A stretch of 47,942 nt of DNA, taken from Sphaeroforma arctica JP610 (Eukaryota). A model generated the notes under the pieces. It saw only the letters and a program-made list of their open reading frames with translations, did no database searches and was not told the origin of the DNA. Below are positions 27,801-39,360 of this stretch, in pieces. The DNA lies in contig NW_014040544.1 in NCBI RefSeq assembly GCF_001186125.1, positions 110,513 to 158,454 of the forward strand, in the 5' to 3' direction. Position 1 is the first letter of the stretch; every line of letters starts with the position of its first letter. Made by a program: the position numbers and the translations under genes.

Positions 27801-28240
27801 ACCGAATTCATCCGTGGTCTGATGCGGCATTGACTTACCCCCATCCTCGCTTCTCGACCGGATTATGACGGATAACCTGGTCCTTCTCGGTATTTCATAC
27901 TCTGCACTAACCCATTCCGCGGCACTACACGGCGCAGACCCGATCCGTACCACAGAGGTGGGTACTCTACTTAGTAGGTCAGCAAGCGAATATATGGAAC
28001 ATTCGATAGAACCAGTGTTTTGTCAACACCGGCCCGAATTGACTCAGCACATATCTTCCATTGTCGACTCACTTGGCCCAAGCTTCAAACGGGAATTTAC
28101 TGACCACTTCTTCCCATCAATCTTTCCTGAACCACTACAGCGACTATGAGAGCCATACCATATATTCATATATTGTATCATACATACTTGCCATTTTTGA
28201 AATAAATAATATTATCCCTATTGATTTATACATTTATGAA
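24886..28240 (+). mobile_element. Decayed non-LTR retrotransposon (LINE) with AP endonuclease, RT and C-terminal Cys/His knuckle
   Basis: APE motif VVWGDFNF (~25420); RT motifs PADFRPITL, QAGF, GILQGSIVGPQLF, FVDD, KYLG; CPVC...H..C at ~27440. Many stops and frameshifts; last ORF ends at 28149. Boundaries approximate. Confidence 0.88.
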
Positions 28241-28302
28241 TGGTAAGTTGCAGTATACACCACAAAAAAGGTAATTGCTCATCCTAAGAGCAACGTTCTA
28301 CG

Positions 28303-28440
28303 ATGGAATTTCCTGAGTCCTTTGCTAGTGATCAACCATACTCTACGTGCAATAGGTGGGTTGAGTCAGAAGAGTGGACTTTTTGCGAGTTATGCGATCA
28401 AAAATGGCATCTACCCTGTGCATACATGCGAGGAGAGCAT
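28303..28440 (+). pseudogene. PHD-finger-like fragment
   Basis: STCNRWVESEEWTFCELCDQKWHLPCA matches the W..C..C...WH..C core of PHD fingers. Confidence 0.5.
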
Positions 28441-28611
28441 GGTCATGATTATACTATTAATTATGGACGTCATCGTATAGGATGTTACATGATGGAGAAC
28501 GTATATGTACAAGACTAACACGACGCCAGCTGACCTTTGGATGAACTACAGAACAACCATGAGGAGAAGGTGATAAACTTTATTTGAGCTTTTAAGGTTG
28601 CTATTCCTGAT

Positions 28612-30849
28612 TTAAGTTCCCTGATCATCGAACTGATCGATGAACTCCTCGAAAGAAGGCGTATGGAACAACTGATAACAACTGTAATTTCTCCCTCGGA
28701 TAAGCTCTTTACATAAACGCACCTTACAGTGCACACATGTTTTGCTAGTCTCACGAGTGCAACCAGCAATCGCACAAACCCTGTAATCGTGGCGTGATCT
28801 TTCACCCGTTCTGTCTGATCCACATACAACATTGTCTGGGACACTATAAATGTGCCAGCGATGACCGCCACTGTCACAGCGCAATTTGTTCAATTCCCCA
28901 TTTGCAATGAATGCGACTGCTTTGTTATTCCTACGTATCTTCGCAACCTTATCTGCTACCTGATCTGATGTTAAATTGGAAAGCGGATCATACTGACTCT
29001 CCGATTGAATACACCTGTGTTTCCTATTTCATCGTCGTTTACAGTATTGGTAACTGGTATGATGCCGGTACTGTGTGAGGCTTTCTTCTGAACAGCCTTA
29101 CCTATTGGGCCCTTCACGACTTCAATAACAAATTCATTAAAAGGTAATTGCCTTGTACACTTCTTTCTAAACTTCTGTAATGTCCATGTTGTACTGTCTT
29201 TAAAATGAATTTGTATGTGTGTGGCCTGAAATGCATTCATCAGCAACTGGTCAAAGGATCTGGTGACTAACTTAGATTGAAATCCCATCGCATTATTGCT
29301 AGTACATAATTGTTCAGTGTATTGTGTTGCCTTGTCTACGCCAGGTTTGAGCTTACTCTATAACTTTGCGCAGCCGCTGATAATGTTGCTACAGGGCAAC
29401 ATAAGCCCTGTCTTAGTAACATAATCGTGTACGACTTTCCACATTGGGATATGTGAATCAACTAAACGCTTATCGTATTCTGAATAGATTCCAGACGGAC
29501 AAATCTTGTTGTAATATGCCCAGGAAGGACACGCATCATACCTCCGTAATGCGGTGTAGTATGTATTACGTACTTCAGGTGGCACGTTCACTAGCACCAT
29601 GTAAGTTATATCATTTGTGGTGCAAACAACGAACAAAACATAGTCGACCTTGAGTACCAAAGCTTCTTGTATAACTTGGCCTCTATACTGTTTTTGTACT
29701 TCGTCAAACCAGGCCTCATCGACAACCTTGCAAGAGAAGTATCTCTCCCTTCTTTCTCGAACAAGCATACGCTCTTGTCTGAGCGAGTGTGCAGCAACTG
29801 TTTTCACTTCAACTGCACATATGGTTTGTACAGTGCGAGTCTTCGGTGCATGTACGCGAGCTATTCCATCTGTTTCGATTAAAACAATAGATTTATTGAG
29901 TGATGATAAGTGTAAACAAGCGTGGCATGGTAAAATTAATAAAAATGTTACACAAAAAGACTTAGGCATGCACACACAGTCTATCAGTATGAACGACTTG
30001 ATTCATTGAACGAACCCTCCTTCATCGGCTCCGTCGAAAATTGTCTGCCGAACCACCCATCTACTAGCTTATTAGCGACTGCTTTGAGCTCTAAAGTCGT
30101 CGCCGGATATAGATCATTGAACTCATTTAGCAGTTAGCGTCGATAAACGAAAAAAATAGATACATCACATCACTTTATAACATAGCGAAATACATCGGGA
30201 ACGAAGTCTGGCAGCGGTTGGCCTCTGATATAGAATTTTTCAGGCACTGCGGCTTCAGCTGGACGTGTCTACTCATCTGCGTCCTCATCTTCTGAGTCGC
30301 TTATTGGCGGCTCATCAAAAAATATAATTCCATAGTATCTTCAATCACGTTGGGCTAACTTTCAACAGCTCGCCCGTGATTGTTGTTTGCTCCACTGAGT
30401 CTCTCATCATCACAATCGATGAGATGAGGCATGTCATCGTAAAGACCAGGGAAGGATTGGGCAGAGCATTTGATGATGTTCTCCCTGTGGTATGTGATTC
30501 CACAAGGTATGGTCGGCATAATGTATCTCGATTCGTTATCATGTGGCCAACGGTCCCAGTGATTTTCGGAAGATGCCTGATTGCATACTATACAACTCAT
30601 TCAATTATTACACGTATATCTATATTCGCCAGTCTTCTGATCGAACTTATCGTTGCAACACTTATCGTGTGCAGCGTTACTGCACACGATGCAAACCCTT
30701 ACATCTGACACTAACGCAACGTCTTGATCACAAACGATGCAGCCCTGTTGCACGACTGGTAAACTAACGGCCTGTGCCTCCATAGTTGCCGTATTCCGTG
30801 GCTTCGAGCCCAACCTACGCCCTCTATTTTGAGTCATTGGGCGCTTCAA
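28612..30849 (-). mobile_element. Decayed DNA transposon ORF: N-terminal PHD-like fingers, YqaJ-type nuclease, piggyBac-like C-terminus
   Basis: In order on the - strand: CIVC...CIVC..AHDKC...YTC (30600-30760); WFGRQFSTEPMKEGSFNE (~30005-30060); DGIA...AVEVKT...YRGQVIQEA (29670-29875); in-frame *SKLKPGVDKATQY (29310-29360); KLVTRSFDQLLMNAF; terminal CAIAGC...CVHCKVRLC...SCYQLFH (28660-28780) resembling the piggyBac cysteine-rich domain. Confidence 0.7.
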
Positions 30850-31837
30850 GTGAGTTTTAGTAAGTGTAAAGTTAGTACATCAAGGCTATACAGTCTATAC
30901 TATCACAGTGCAAGAGGTAACGTACCACAGATAGCGAACTAATCACTGTATGGAAAAATGGTTTTCGAGACCCATAGACAGTTTTTTGCTGACATGAAAT
31001 CGCGTGCGATGGATTCGTCAATATTCTATTACCACCCAACGTGGCCTATGACCAATTAAAAGGCCTATGAATACCCAGATACTATCCGGGTTCCTAAGAA
31101 ATATTATTTGGGCCAGAAATTTGATAATCCGGAGACTCTCTGGGTTCTATATGAACTGGTGATATGTCGCAGTCTGAGTGAAGATCGCTTCAATCTTTCC
31201 CTCCATTTCTTTTCAGTTTCATCTCTGTCTCAGTGTTCAGCGCAGTCTCTCCTGTAATAGCCGGGCCTCCACATTAGATTCTATGTTATAAACGTACTCT
31301 TAAGCAGTACGTAAATTATAAACGTACTCTTAAAAGTACGAGGAACTAAAGTTTCCTAAATGGTTTTTAATGGTTTTATTAATTAATACCTTTTTCATTT
31401 TACATATCAGATATTTGGACGAGGCCATTAAAAGGCCCCAGTAAAATACCAAACATAAAAGTTGGTCTAGTTCTATTAATAGAACTATATTTACTTTCCA
31501 ACTTTATTTATATCTGAATACTTCGGTAGCGAGATGGCTCAACCGAATTTAGGTTTCTAGGGACTATTAACGTTACCTAGTTGATCCTCCGATCAGCCAA
31601 CCGGTTGTGCCAGTCTGATGAAGGCTAAGTCGGTAATTATTGATAAGTGGCAAGTTATTGGTTAAGACAATAACTAAGGACGTCAAGAATTAATTTTTTC
31701 TTCTTCTTCTAAAGATAGGATTTTATGAGTTTCTCGGATTCGCCCCAATGAAACATACCATAGTTTCTAATTGAGCGACAACGAAACACTAAATAAAGTC
31801 CCTTCGGCGGAAATAGTACTGAGAGGATTATATGTAG

Positions 31838-32013
31838 GCAATGTCTCAGCTTCACAACCCCTCAGAGTATTGCTGTTTTCACGAGGCATACATAACTTTA
31901 CTAAAAGTCTCATTTCGTTTATTTACTTTGATATTTTCACGATACTTAGAATAAACCTACGGGTTTATTTATTCTAAGGCGTTAATATCGCCTTAATAGA
32001 CCGAATCTTACAC
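31838..32013 (+). repeat. Left copy of a ~175-bp inverted repeat (partner 35241-35416)
   Basis: First 76 bp are ~88% identical to the reverse complement of 35341-35416, with a perfect 30-bp core CCCTCAGAGTATTGCTGTTTTCACGAGGCA. The remainder is more diverged but colinear. Confidence 0.85.
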
Positions 32014-32768
32014 TCTTACGTTCTCCTGCAGACCTTTGAGTCGGCTGGTCATATTCTTTCTTTTCTCATCAACTTTCTTCCATTTTTTCTTTATTCATTG
32101 TCTGCATCCGTCATTTGAACCATTATGTGGCTATACTCCTGCTGACAACTTGCATGCTGTAATGATTGTTCTAAACTAGTATACTTCATTACAGCTGCAG
32201 AATTTGCTGCTTCGTAAAGCTTGTAAAAATGCTCTCCGTCGCTGTGCATGAGTTCCACCTTTCGCTTGGCCATAGCCATTTTGTCAGTTGATTGTTTCTG
32301 AAGAGCAGCTTCATGCTGATCCTATTGCGCTCTGAGTGTTTCGAGGTCTATTTCGTTTCTATATTGAAATTCCTCGATCTTCCCTTGTACTGTCTTCTCC
32401 CTTTTTCTTTTGTTCACTGTTGCTATGGTAATATCGGCAATTGCCATAGTCGCTGTCAGTGGCACGTGATGAGAAATTGTTTTAAACTACTGCTGTAAAG
32501 CCTCATGTGTAACAGCTGAGAGTTAAGCTCCAACCGCTACACGATCTTCATCAGGCGACCATATTTGCACAGGGTGTTTAACTACACTTCTCACTGCTCT
32601 TTTCACTGCCAGTTCTTGCTTCTTTTCCGTACTTTCAATATCATTTTGTTGAAGTATATTGCCTTTGACGATACTTTGTTTTGAGTACTTGTGAACTGTC
32701 GAGTCTTATGCTTGAAGGGGAGAGGTTGTCTGTGTACACGCCAACCATCTGCTGTAAGATTCGGTCTC

Positions 32769-35050
32769 TTAAGGCACGTCATCAACTGGTCCTTGTACAT
32801 CAGGGGCTTGTTGGACTGCGTGCTTGAGCGCTTTAAATGCGTCATCACACTCTTTAGTCCACAAGTCTCCTAGTTTGCCTTTATGACATCTTAAGTGTCC
32901 AAAAGGTTTAAGGTATTCAGCCAAGTGTGGTACTCCATCTGAAAAGAAGTTTACAAACCCACACATGCTGTTAACATCTCTTCCTGTAGTTGGTGTTCGC
33001 CAATCTAACAAGTGTTCTACCTTACCGGGGTCGATTTTAATACCTTCCCCAGATATTCGGTAGCCTAAGAGCTGTATTTCGCTCATGGCGAAGTGTCATT
33101 TCTTCTCGTTAATCTTGAAGTTTTGCTCGTTGAGTCTCTGAAGGACTCGCCTGACTAATTTGGCATCTTCGCCCTTCGTCTTGGAAAAGATGACTATGTC
33201 ATCAAAATAGACTTGTGCATTAGGAATGTCTGCAAACATTTCCTCCATTACTTGTTGGAAGAATTCTGGTAAGGAGTGCAACCCGAAAGGTGCATCTCTA
33301 AACCTGTATTGTTTACCTTTCCAGGTAAAACTAAAGTACTTACGATGGGGTTCATAAATTTGCATTTGATGATACCCCTGTGTTAGGTCTATGGATGTAA
33401 ACACCGTAGTAGCACCTTCCATTCGTCTCAGTAACACGTTTATACGAGGGAGATGGAAACTATGAGTCGGCAATAACTTATTTATTGGACTCATATCTAA
33501 ACATACTCTGACTTTCTTAAATATTCTGTCAGAATTGGATTGATCAACTGCCAATATTGCTAAGTTAACTGGCGTTTGTTGGTAATTGATTTCGATTATC
33601 GCATCGGATAACCATTTCTCAACTTGTTCTTTAACTACAGCTTCGTGTCTCCAAGAAACATAGTTTCTTGAAGGGCATTTGAGTTTAGTAAAGTCTACCT
33701 TGGTTAAGTCAAGGCTGACATATCCGTCGTTAAAACGGAATTTTGCCCAATCTGTGATCTTCATTTTCTTATTTACTAGAATCAGATCTATGATTTTGTC
33801 CGCAAAGTCAGGTAGTATTGCCTTGACTGTGTCTGACGGGGGCTTATATGGTTTCAGACAGGTATCGTCTGATTGATCCTTTAATGGATCTATATTATTT
33901 GGTAAATCAGTTACGGTTATAACTAGAGTGAGTAAATCACTCATTCCGACTATTAAGTCGAACTTCTGTGACATTTTAACTATCACAGCTTGGGTAGTGA
34001 TATTTCTATCATCGGCCAGGGAGATTTTAACATCTGTGATGGTATCACACTTAGAAGTTTTGTCATCTGCTAAGATTAGGTGAGTAGTTTGAGTTCGCCT
34101 TTCAATGTCTTTCATTATTGCAAAGCGGTCGGATATACATAAAATTTCTGAACCAGGATCAATCAACGCAAGGACTTTATTTCCATTGCAATATACAGGG
34201 ATTATTATACGCTCGTCTAAAGAGTCGTTGTATTTCCTTTGTAACGACTGTACCTGGTAGTACTTTCACTCCAACTTAATGTCGGGCTTTTTGTCACAAG
34301 ATTTGGCGTGATAGACATTGGTCTTCTCACACTTGTCACACTTAGTAAGAAAGTGTGTACAGGTGGGTGCATGTCTGCCATTCCAATAACCGTTAGGGGT
34401 CAATTGGTACATATCGTACTTAATTTTCTTATACGGGGATTCCTTTGACTCGGCGCGCATCTTCTAAACAGGGCGTGCATTCTGAACAGAGTCACGAGGA
34501 CATGCCTGAGGCGGCTTCTCATTGGAGGTCTGCCGAGATACGTACCCTTGGTCAATCTGATCACGTGGTTTCTTAACAACCGCCTTCTCTCTCGAGGTCA
34601 CGCTCTACTTAAGCGCAGCTAACTGATTCTTAAGTTCAGTATTTTCTTCGGTCAACTTACTTATACGAGCTGGTTCCGTCGATTTTGATTCTGATTCGGG
34701 CTGGCTCTTTGAGCTTTTCTCTTCTTCATCGTCCTTCGGTGGTTCTTTTTCACCTTGGGATTCGTCATTCTCCCCCGTAACCGGAAATCATCCTTCTGAG
34801 TAATCTCATCAGGGTTGTTTGGGGTAGTCTTAAACGCTCCCCTTGCTTCACTTCGTGGCTTCGTAAATGTTAGCTTAGAAGTAGATGCAATAGTTGGCCC
34901 TCGGACTCTTTCTTCGGGGGACTTCTCTCTTAATGAAGTCGTCTCTCTCTTGTCGGTTGCATTGTTCTGACTGTTAACGCCAGCGACAATAGCTTCGGCT
35001 ACGGTGCGGTTAAACGCATCGGCTGCAGCAGTGGCAGCGTTTTTATCCAT
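32769..35050 (-). mobile_element. Truncated Ty3/gypsy-like retroelement A: gag-like ORF, aspartic protease, RT; no RNase H or integrase visible
   Basis: gag-like fragments with Cys/His cluster (CTHF..KCDKC....HAKSC); protease ALIDPGS; RT motifs RVCLD, IDLTQGYHQ, PFGL, YFDD, LLGYRIS; similarity stops at ~32770. Confidence 0.88.
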
Positions 35051-35240
35051 ATTCTTTTTTCAGCCTTTTGCTTCTTAGAAGGGGTGTGGTCTTTCTTTAG
35101 AAGGGGTGTGGTTAACTTATGACTTCAAGGTATTCTCTTAAGGAATCACTGATCTTTTTTGGCCAAGAAAATTTTATGGTAGTCAATTACCACTACGTTT
35201 GGGCAGTCTAAGTAGTTAATACTTTTACTAACTTTAAAAT

Positions 35241-35416
35241 GTGTAAGATTTGATCTCTTCAGGTGATATTAACGTCTTAGAGTAGTTAAACGTAATAAAG
35301 TCTTCTAAAGCTCAAATGAATTTAAAGCAAAATAAAGGTAATTAGTCTTTTAGTAAAATTAGGTTTGCCTCGTGAAAACAGCAATACTCTGAGGGATTGT
35401 GAGGCTGAGAAGTTGC
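35241..35416 (-). repeat. Right copy of the ~175-bp inverted repeat, upstream of gag of element A
   Basis: Reverse complement aligns with 31838-32013. Confidence 0.85.
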
Positions 35417-38130
35417 AAATTTTTTTGTCCTTTTGTAAATGCAAGAAAAATATCTGAAGAACAATAAATACAATTAAGAACAGTCCTAAATTTATATATT
35501 GTCGTTTTTATATATCTTGTATTTGTATCCGGTTCAAACTATGTTTAATACATTACGACTCATGTTTAAAATTCGTGTCGCCAATTGTTGCAACACGTTA
35601 TTATTTATAATGACCCATGTGGTTCGTTTAACCTATTGTCTTATTCTAAATATATATCCTAATTTGGTACCTGACGCATGTTTGATTATGAATGTTCTGT
35701 TTTCGAACACGTTTAAACGGTTATTCATATGCGCTATTGTTCTATGGTGCACCGTGGCATAGTATCTAGAAACGTTTTATACCGTTTTCTGAACGGATAT
35801 ATCAACCGGTTGATTCTTTATGTTTCTATCAATTTTAGATACCCAAAAGTATAATGGAAATGTAGTGAATAAACCCCATAATTCCTATATGTGTTCGTAG
35901 TCTATGTGTGTATGGTTCATTAATTCCAGCTAAAAGAAGACTATCTGTGGCCCTATGCCCGATACTGTTGACTGTGATATCGTGACGTGGATTTCGACGA
36001 GTGTATGGCTTCTGTGTCAGAAAAACCCTAAACCCTACACCCTTGCCTCTATGTTATATCAATTTATAATTTGTGTTCGTGCTCACCATCGCTTGTTTAT
36101 TGATTATATATATTTAACCGTACATGAATGATATATATATCTTCTAATATGGATATGTTTTAATATATATATATGTATATTATTATATGTATATTTATTT
36201 TTATTACTATACATGTGAAAATGTACAATGTATATTATGTTGTCATGTATATGTACAATGGCTGGTTTATCTATAAATGTATAATATATATTATATGTAT
36301 GTAATATATCTGTAAATTATATAATGTATGTAATATATCTATGTACATTATATTTAATGGATGTATGTAATATATCTGTAAATTATATAATGTATGTAAT
36401 ATATCTATGTAAATTATATTTAATGGATGTATATANNNNNNNNNNNNNNNNNNNNNNNNNNNNNNNNNNNNNNNNNNNNNNNNNNNNNNNNNNNNNNNNN
36501 NNNNNNNNNNNNNNNNNNNNNNNNNNNNNNNNNNNNNNNNNNNNNNNNNNNNNNNNNNNNNNNNNNNNNNNNNNNNNNNNNNNNNNNNNNNNNNNNNNNN
36601 NNNNNNNNNNNNNNNNNNNNNNNNNNNNNNNNNNNNNNNNNNNNNNNNNNNNNNNNNNNNNNNNNNNNNNNNNNNNNNNNNNNNNNNNNNNNNNNNNNNN
36701 NNNNNNNNNNNNNNNNNNNNNNNNNNNNNNNNNNNNNNNNNNNNNNNNNNNNNNNNNNNNNNNNNNNNNNNNNNNNNNNNNNNNNNNNNNNNNNNNNNNN
36801 NNNNNNNNNNNNNNNNNNNNNNNNNNNNNNNNNNNNNNNNNNNNNNNNNNNNNNNNNNNNNNNNNNNNNNNNNNNNNNNNNNNNNNNNNNNNNNNNNNNN
36901 NNNNNNNNNNNNNNNNNNNNNNNNNNNNNNNNNNNNNNNNNNNNNNNNNNNNNATATGTATATGGATATATTATGGGTATGTATGGTATGTATATTATAT
37001 ACCATAATAACATATATATATATAACATAATAATCATATATATATGTAGATATATAATTAAAAATCACGAACGAAATCTTTGTCTGCAATTCTCTGTACA
37101 TTTAGGAAATTGGTTATAATGTACTAAGTATACTCTTGTATATTGATATTGATTCCTGTCTAATGCTCATGTATGGTATACTGTTCTGTGTCTTAAGTCA
37201 TAATACTTGTGCTTAACATTGAGATGTGTGTGTCTGTATGGGTTGCAATTTAACAATCTCATGTATATACTTATGTGTGAAATCTTATCCAAAATCTCAT
37301 GTATATACTTATGTGTGAAATATTAACCATAGTAACACTAACTATATCTAGTATATACCCTTTATTAATATCTTTTTATATCTGTTGTCAATTGTAAGAC
37401 TTGATTATTCTTTATTATAGGATGCTTAATTGGCCATTCATCTCAATTTAGATGTTGTCGATAAGTTTTATTGAATTATATGTAAGCATCTAATGTCTAA
37501 TGTGCGGAAGCCATGTAAATAACTAGTATACGGTCTTCTGCAACATCTGTGAAAAACTGAGTGTCGTAGCACGTGTATTTGCTGAGATATCCGTGTTTTA
37601 GCTATGTGTTATATGTTGGTTATCGCATGTTTACGAACCTTAACGTTTATGGTACACGTTAAACGGTTTTTAAATAAATAAAAATTAGGTCCATTTTTAG
37701 ACCCCATTTTTCTGAAAAATATACATAAACGCATCAGACTAAATGCGTAAAACATATTGGACTAAAAGCAATACGTATATGACAGAAAATGTATTTTGCG
37801 CCCCTTCGTCTACGAGGGTGCAGAAACCCGTCGTTATACTTGGTACTTGTTCTAATGTCAGCATCCCCTCGATCTTCCTTATTCATCACAGGTTCGACGA
37901 AGCAGATACAAGCCCATCTTATGAATAAACGATGCTCAGAGAAACCTACACCTGCCGTGCATAGTCATCTCCTTCATCGGTGTTGTATAATTACCTTCTC
38001 GAGCATAAATATGATTTACTTCATGATGTATTGTTAACTGTGAGCGTGAGTGTGAGTGTGCGAGTGTGGTGTGGTGTTCTCTAAAGCATACTCGAGCTGG
38101 GTGCGCATTCGGTGACTCCGTCACAGCGCC

Positions 38131-38343
38131 TTACACGTTCCGACTTCTACGTAATAGTGTTACATGTTCCGACTCTTGCGTAATAATATCATACATGGTC
38201 CGCCTCCTACGTAATGATGCCACATGTTCCGACTTGTTACGTAATAGTGCGTGCATGTTCCGACTCTTGCGTAGTGATGCTGTACATATTCCGCCTCCTA
38301 CGTAATGATGTAACTCGTTCCGACTTTTACGTAAGAATGTTAC
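38131..38343. repeat. Tandem repeat, ~30-bp period, 7 copies (GTTCCGAC...CGTAAT)
   Basis: Units recur about every 30 bp from ~38137 to ~38317. Confidence 0.85.
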
Positions 38344-38371
38344 CCAACTCAACACCACTCAGGGCGACTAT

Positions 38372-38602
38372 GCAACACGCTCAAAGCTGCGGTTGCTCAC
38401 CGACTGTAGTGCTCACGCAAAGTTCAATGCGCCATGTCCTCAGGGTTGCTTGCCCCTGAGAGCCTGCATTCTCGGCATCTAAAGAAACATACATGGTCTA
38501 TTTTTTTCAACTGGGTGCCACGCAACACGCTCAAAGCTGCGGATGATAACCGAGCTCACACAAAGTTCAATGCGCCGTGTCCTCAGGGTTGCTCGCCGCT
38601 GA
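38372..38602. repeat. Direct duplication of ~80-90 bp (38372-38460 vs 38522-38602)
   Basis: GCAACACGCTCAAAGCTGCGG...AAAGTTCAATGCGCC.TGTCCTCAGGGTTGCT present twice. Confidence 0.85.
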
Positions 38603-39214
38603 GTTAGAGTCAACAAGGTACTCGCCTGTACTCTAAGCATATAAATATCCTTGCCACACACAACCACCACTCATTGTTTCATGACGTTCTGTTTCGTATG
38701 TTTATGTCCAAAGTGTTATGCCATGCCTATGTATGTATAGTGTTGGGCTGTGGTATATGTATCGCATCAAGGACATTATATCACACCACCCACGTATCAC
38801 TGGGATGTATTAATGTTATCTCAATGAGATCTTATACTGTATTTTAATTAAGCCTATATGTATAGTCGCTGTAGTATTTGTTATGAATATGTATATACGT
38901 GTGGATATATCTCTGCGATTGTGTTGTAGTATCATCGCCGTTATACTTGACCTATGTGAATGGTACATGATAAATAAGACTTTTGTAATGTTAACTAATA
39001 GCCTATCCTGTATATGTCGTGGAAGTATTGTATTCATGTCTCAAAGTCTACGTAAGTTTGCTTTATTAATAGTAATGTGTGAGTGTGTATCTTCTCGTGC
39101 AGACGTCACTCATGCATGCAGCAAGGACGCAGCCCCGGCCAGACATACCAACAGCCAAGGCCGCTCTAACCTTGGACCAGCCGTCGCTGTCGTCGACTCT
39201 CCCGAGTTTTAATC

Positions 39215-39360
39215 CACTTACGGTATGCAGTCACCACGCTCGGATCATCAAAAGCATCCGCTGTCACCCATGTGGGAGAGCCCTCTAACCAGCGCACCAG
39301 GTACTCCGATTGCTGAGTCGCTTCATAGTGGCGGTGTGATATGATGTGCCGGAATGTCGA
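39215..39360 (-). other. Chromodomain at the integrase C-terminus
   Basis: FRHIISHRHYEATQQSEYLVRWLEGSPTWVTADAFDDPSVVTAY. Confidence 0.8.

Larger units (their letters stand above)
38030..38793 (-). mobile_element. Candidate 3' LTR of retroelement B with a short purine-rich tract
   Basis: On the - strand GTGGGTGG (38793-38786) is followed by TGTGATAT at 38785. It lies ~380 bp downstream of the pol stop and contains tandem repeats. No second LTR is in the window, so limits are uncertain. Confidence 0.35.

Noticed and set aside
23559..30920. piggyBac TIR pair (TTAG-CCCTTTACTG at 23559 and CAGTGCAAGAGG-TAA at ~30906)
   Set aside because: Ends match only loosely and neither has an intact TTAA.
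31608..31655. Possible hammerhead ribozyme (TGCCA-GT-CTGATGA...TGGCA)
   Set aside because: CTGATGA and a possible stem I are present, but the required GAAA is replaced by GTAA and stems II and III are poor. An Infernal search would settle it.
35600..37800. Possible TIR element around the N gap (ACACGTT(T)AAACGG motifs at ~35706 and ~37654)
   Set aside because: Similarity is limited to short motifs; no extended inverted alignment found by eye.
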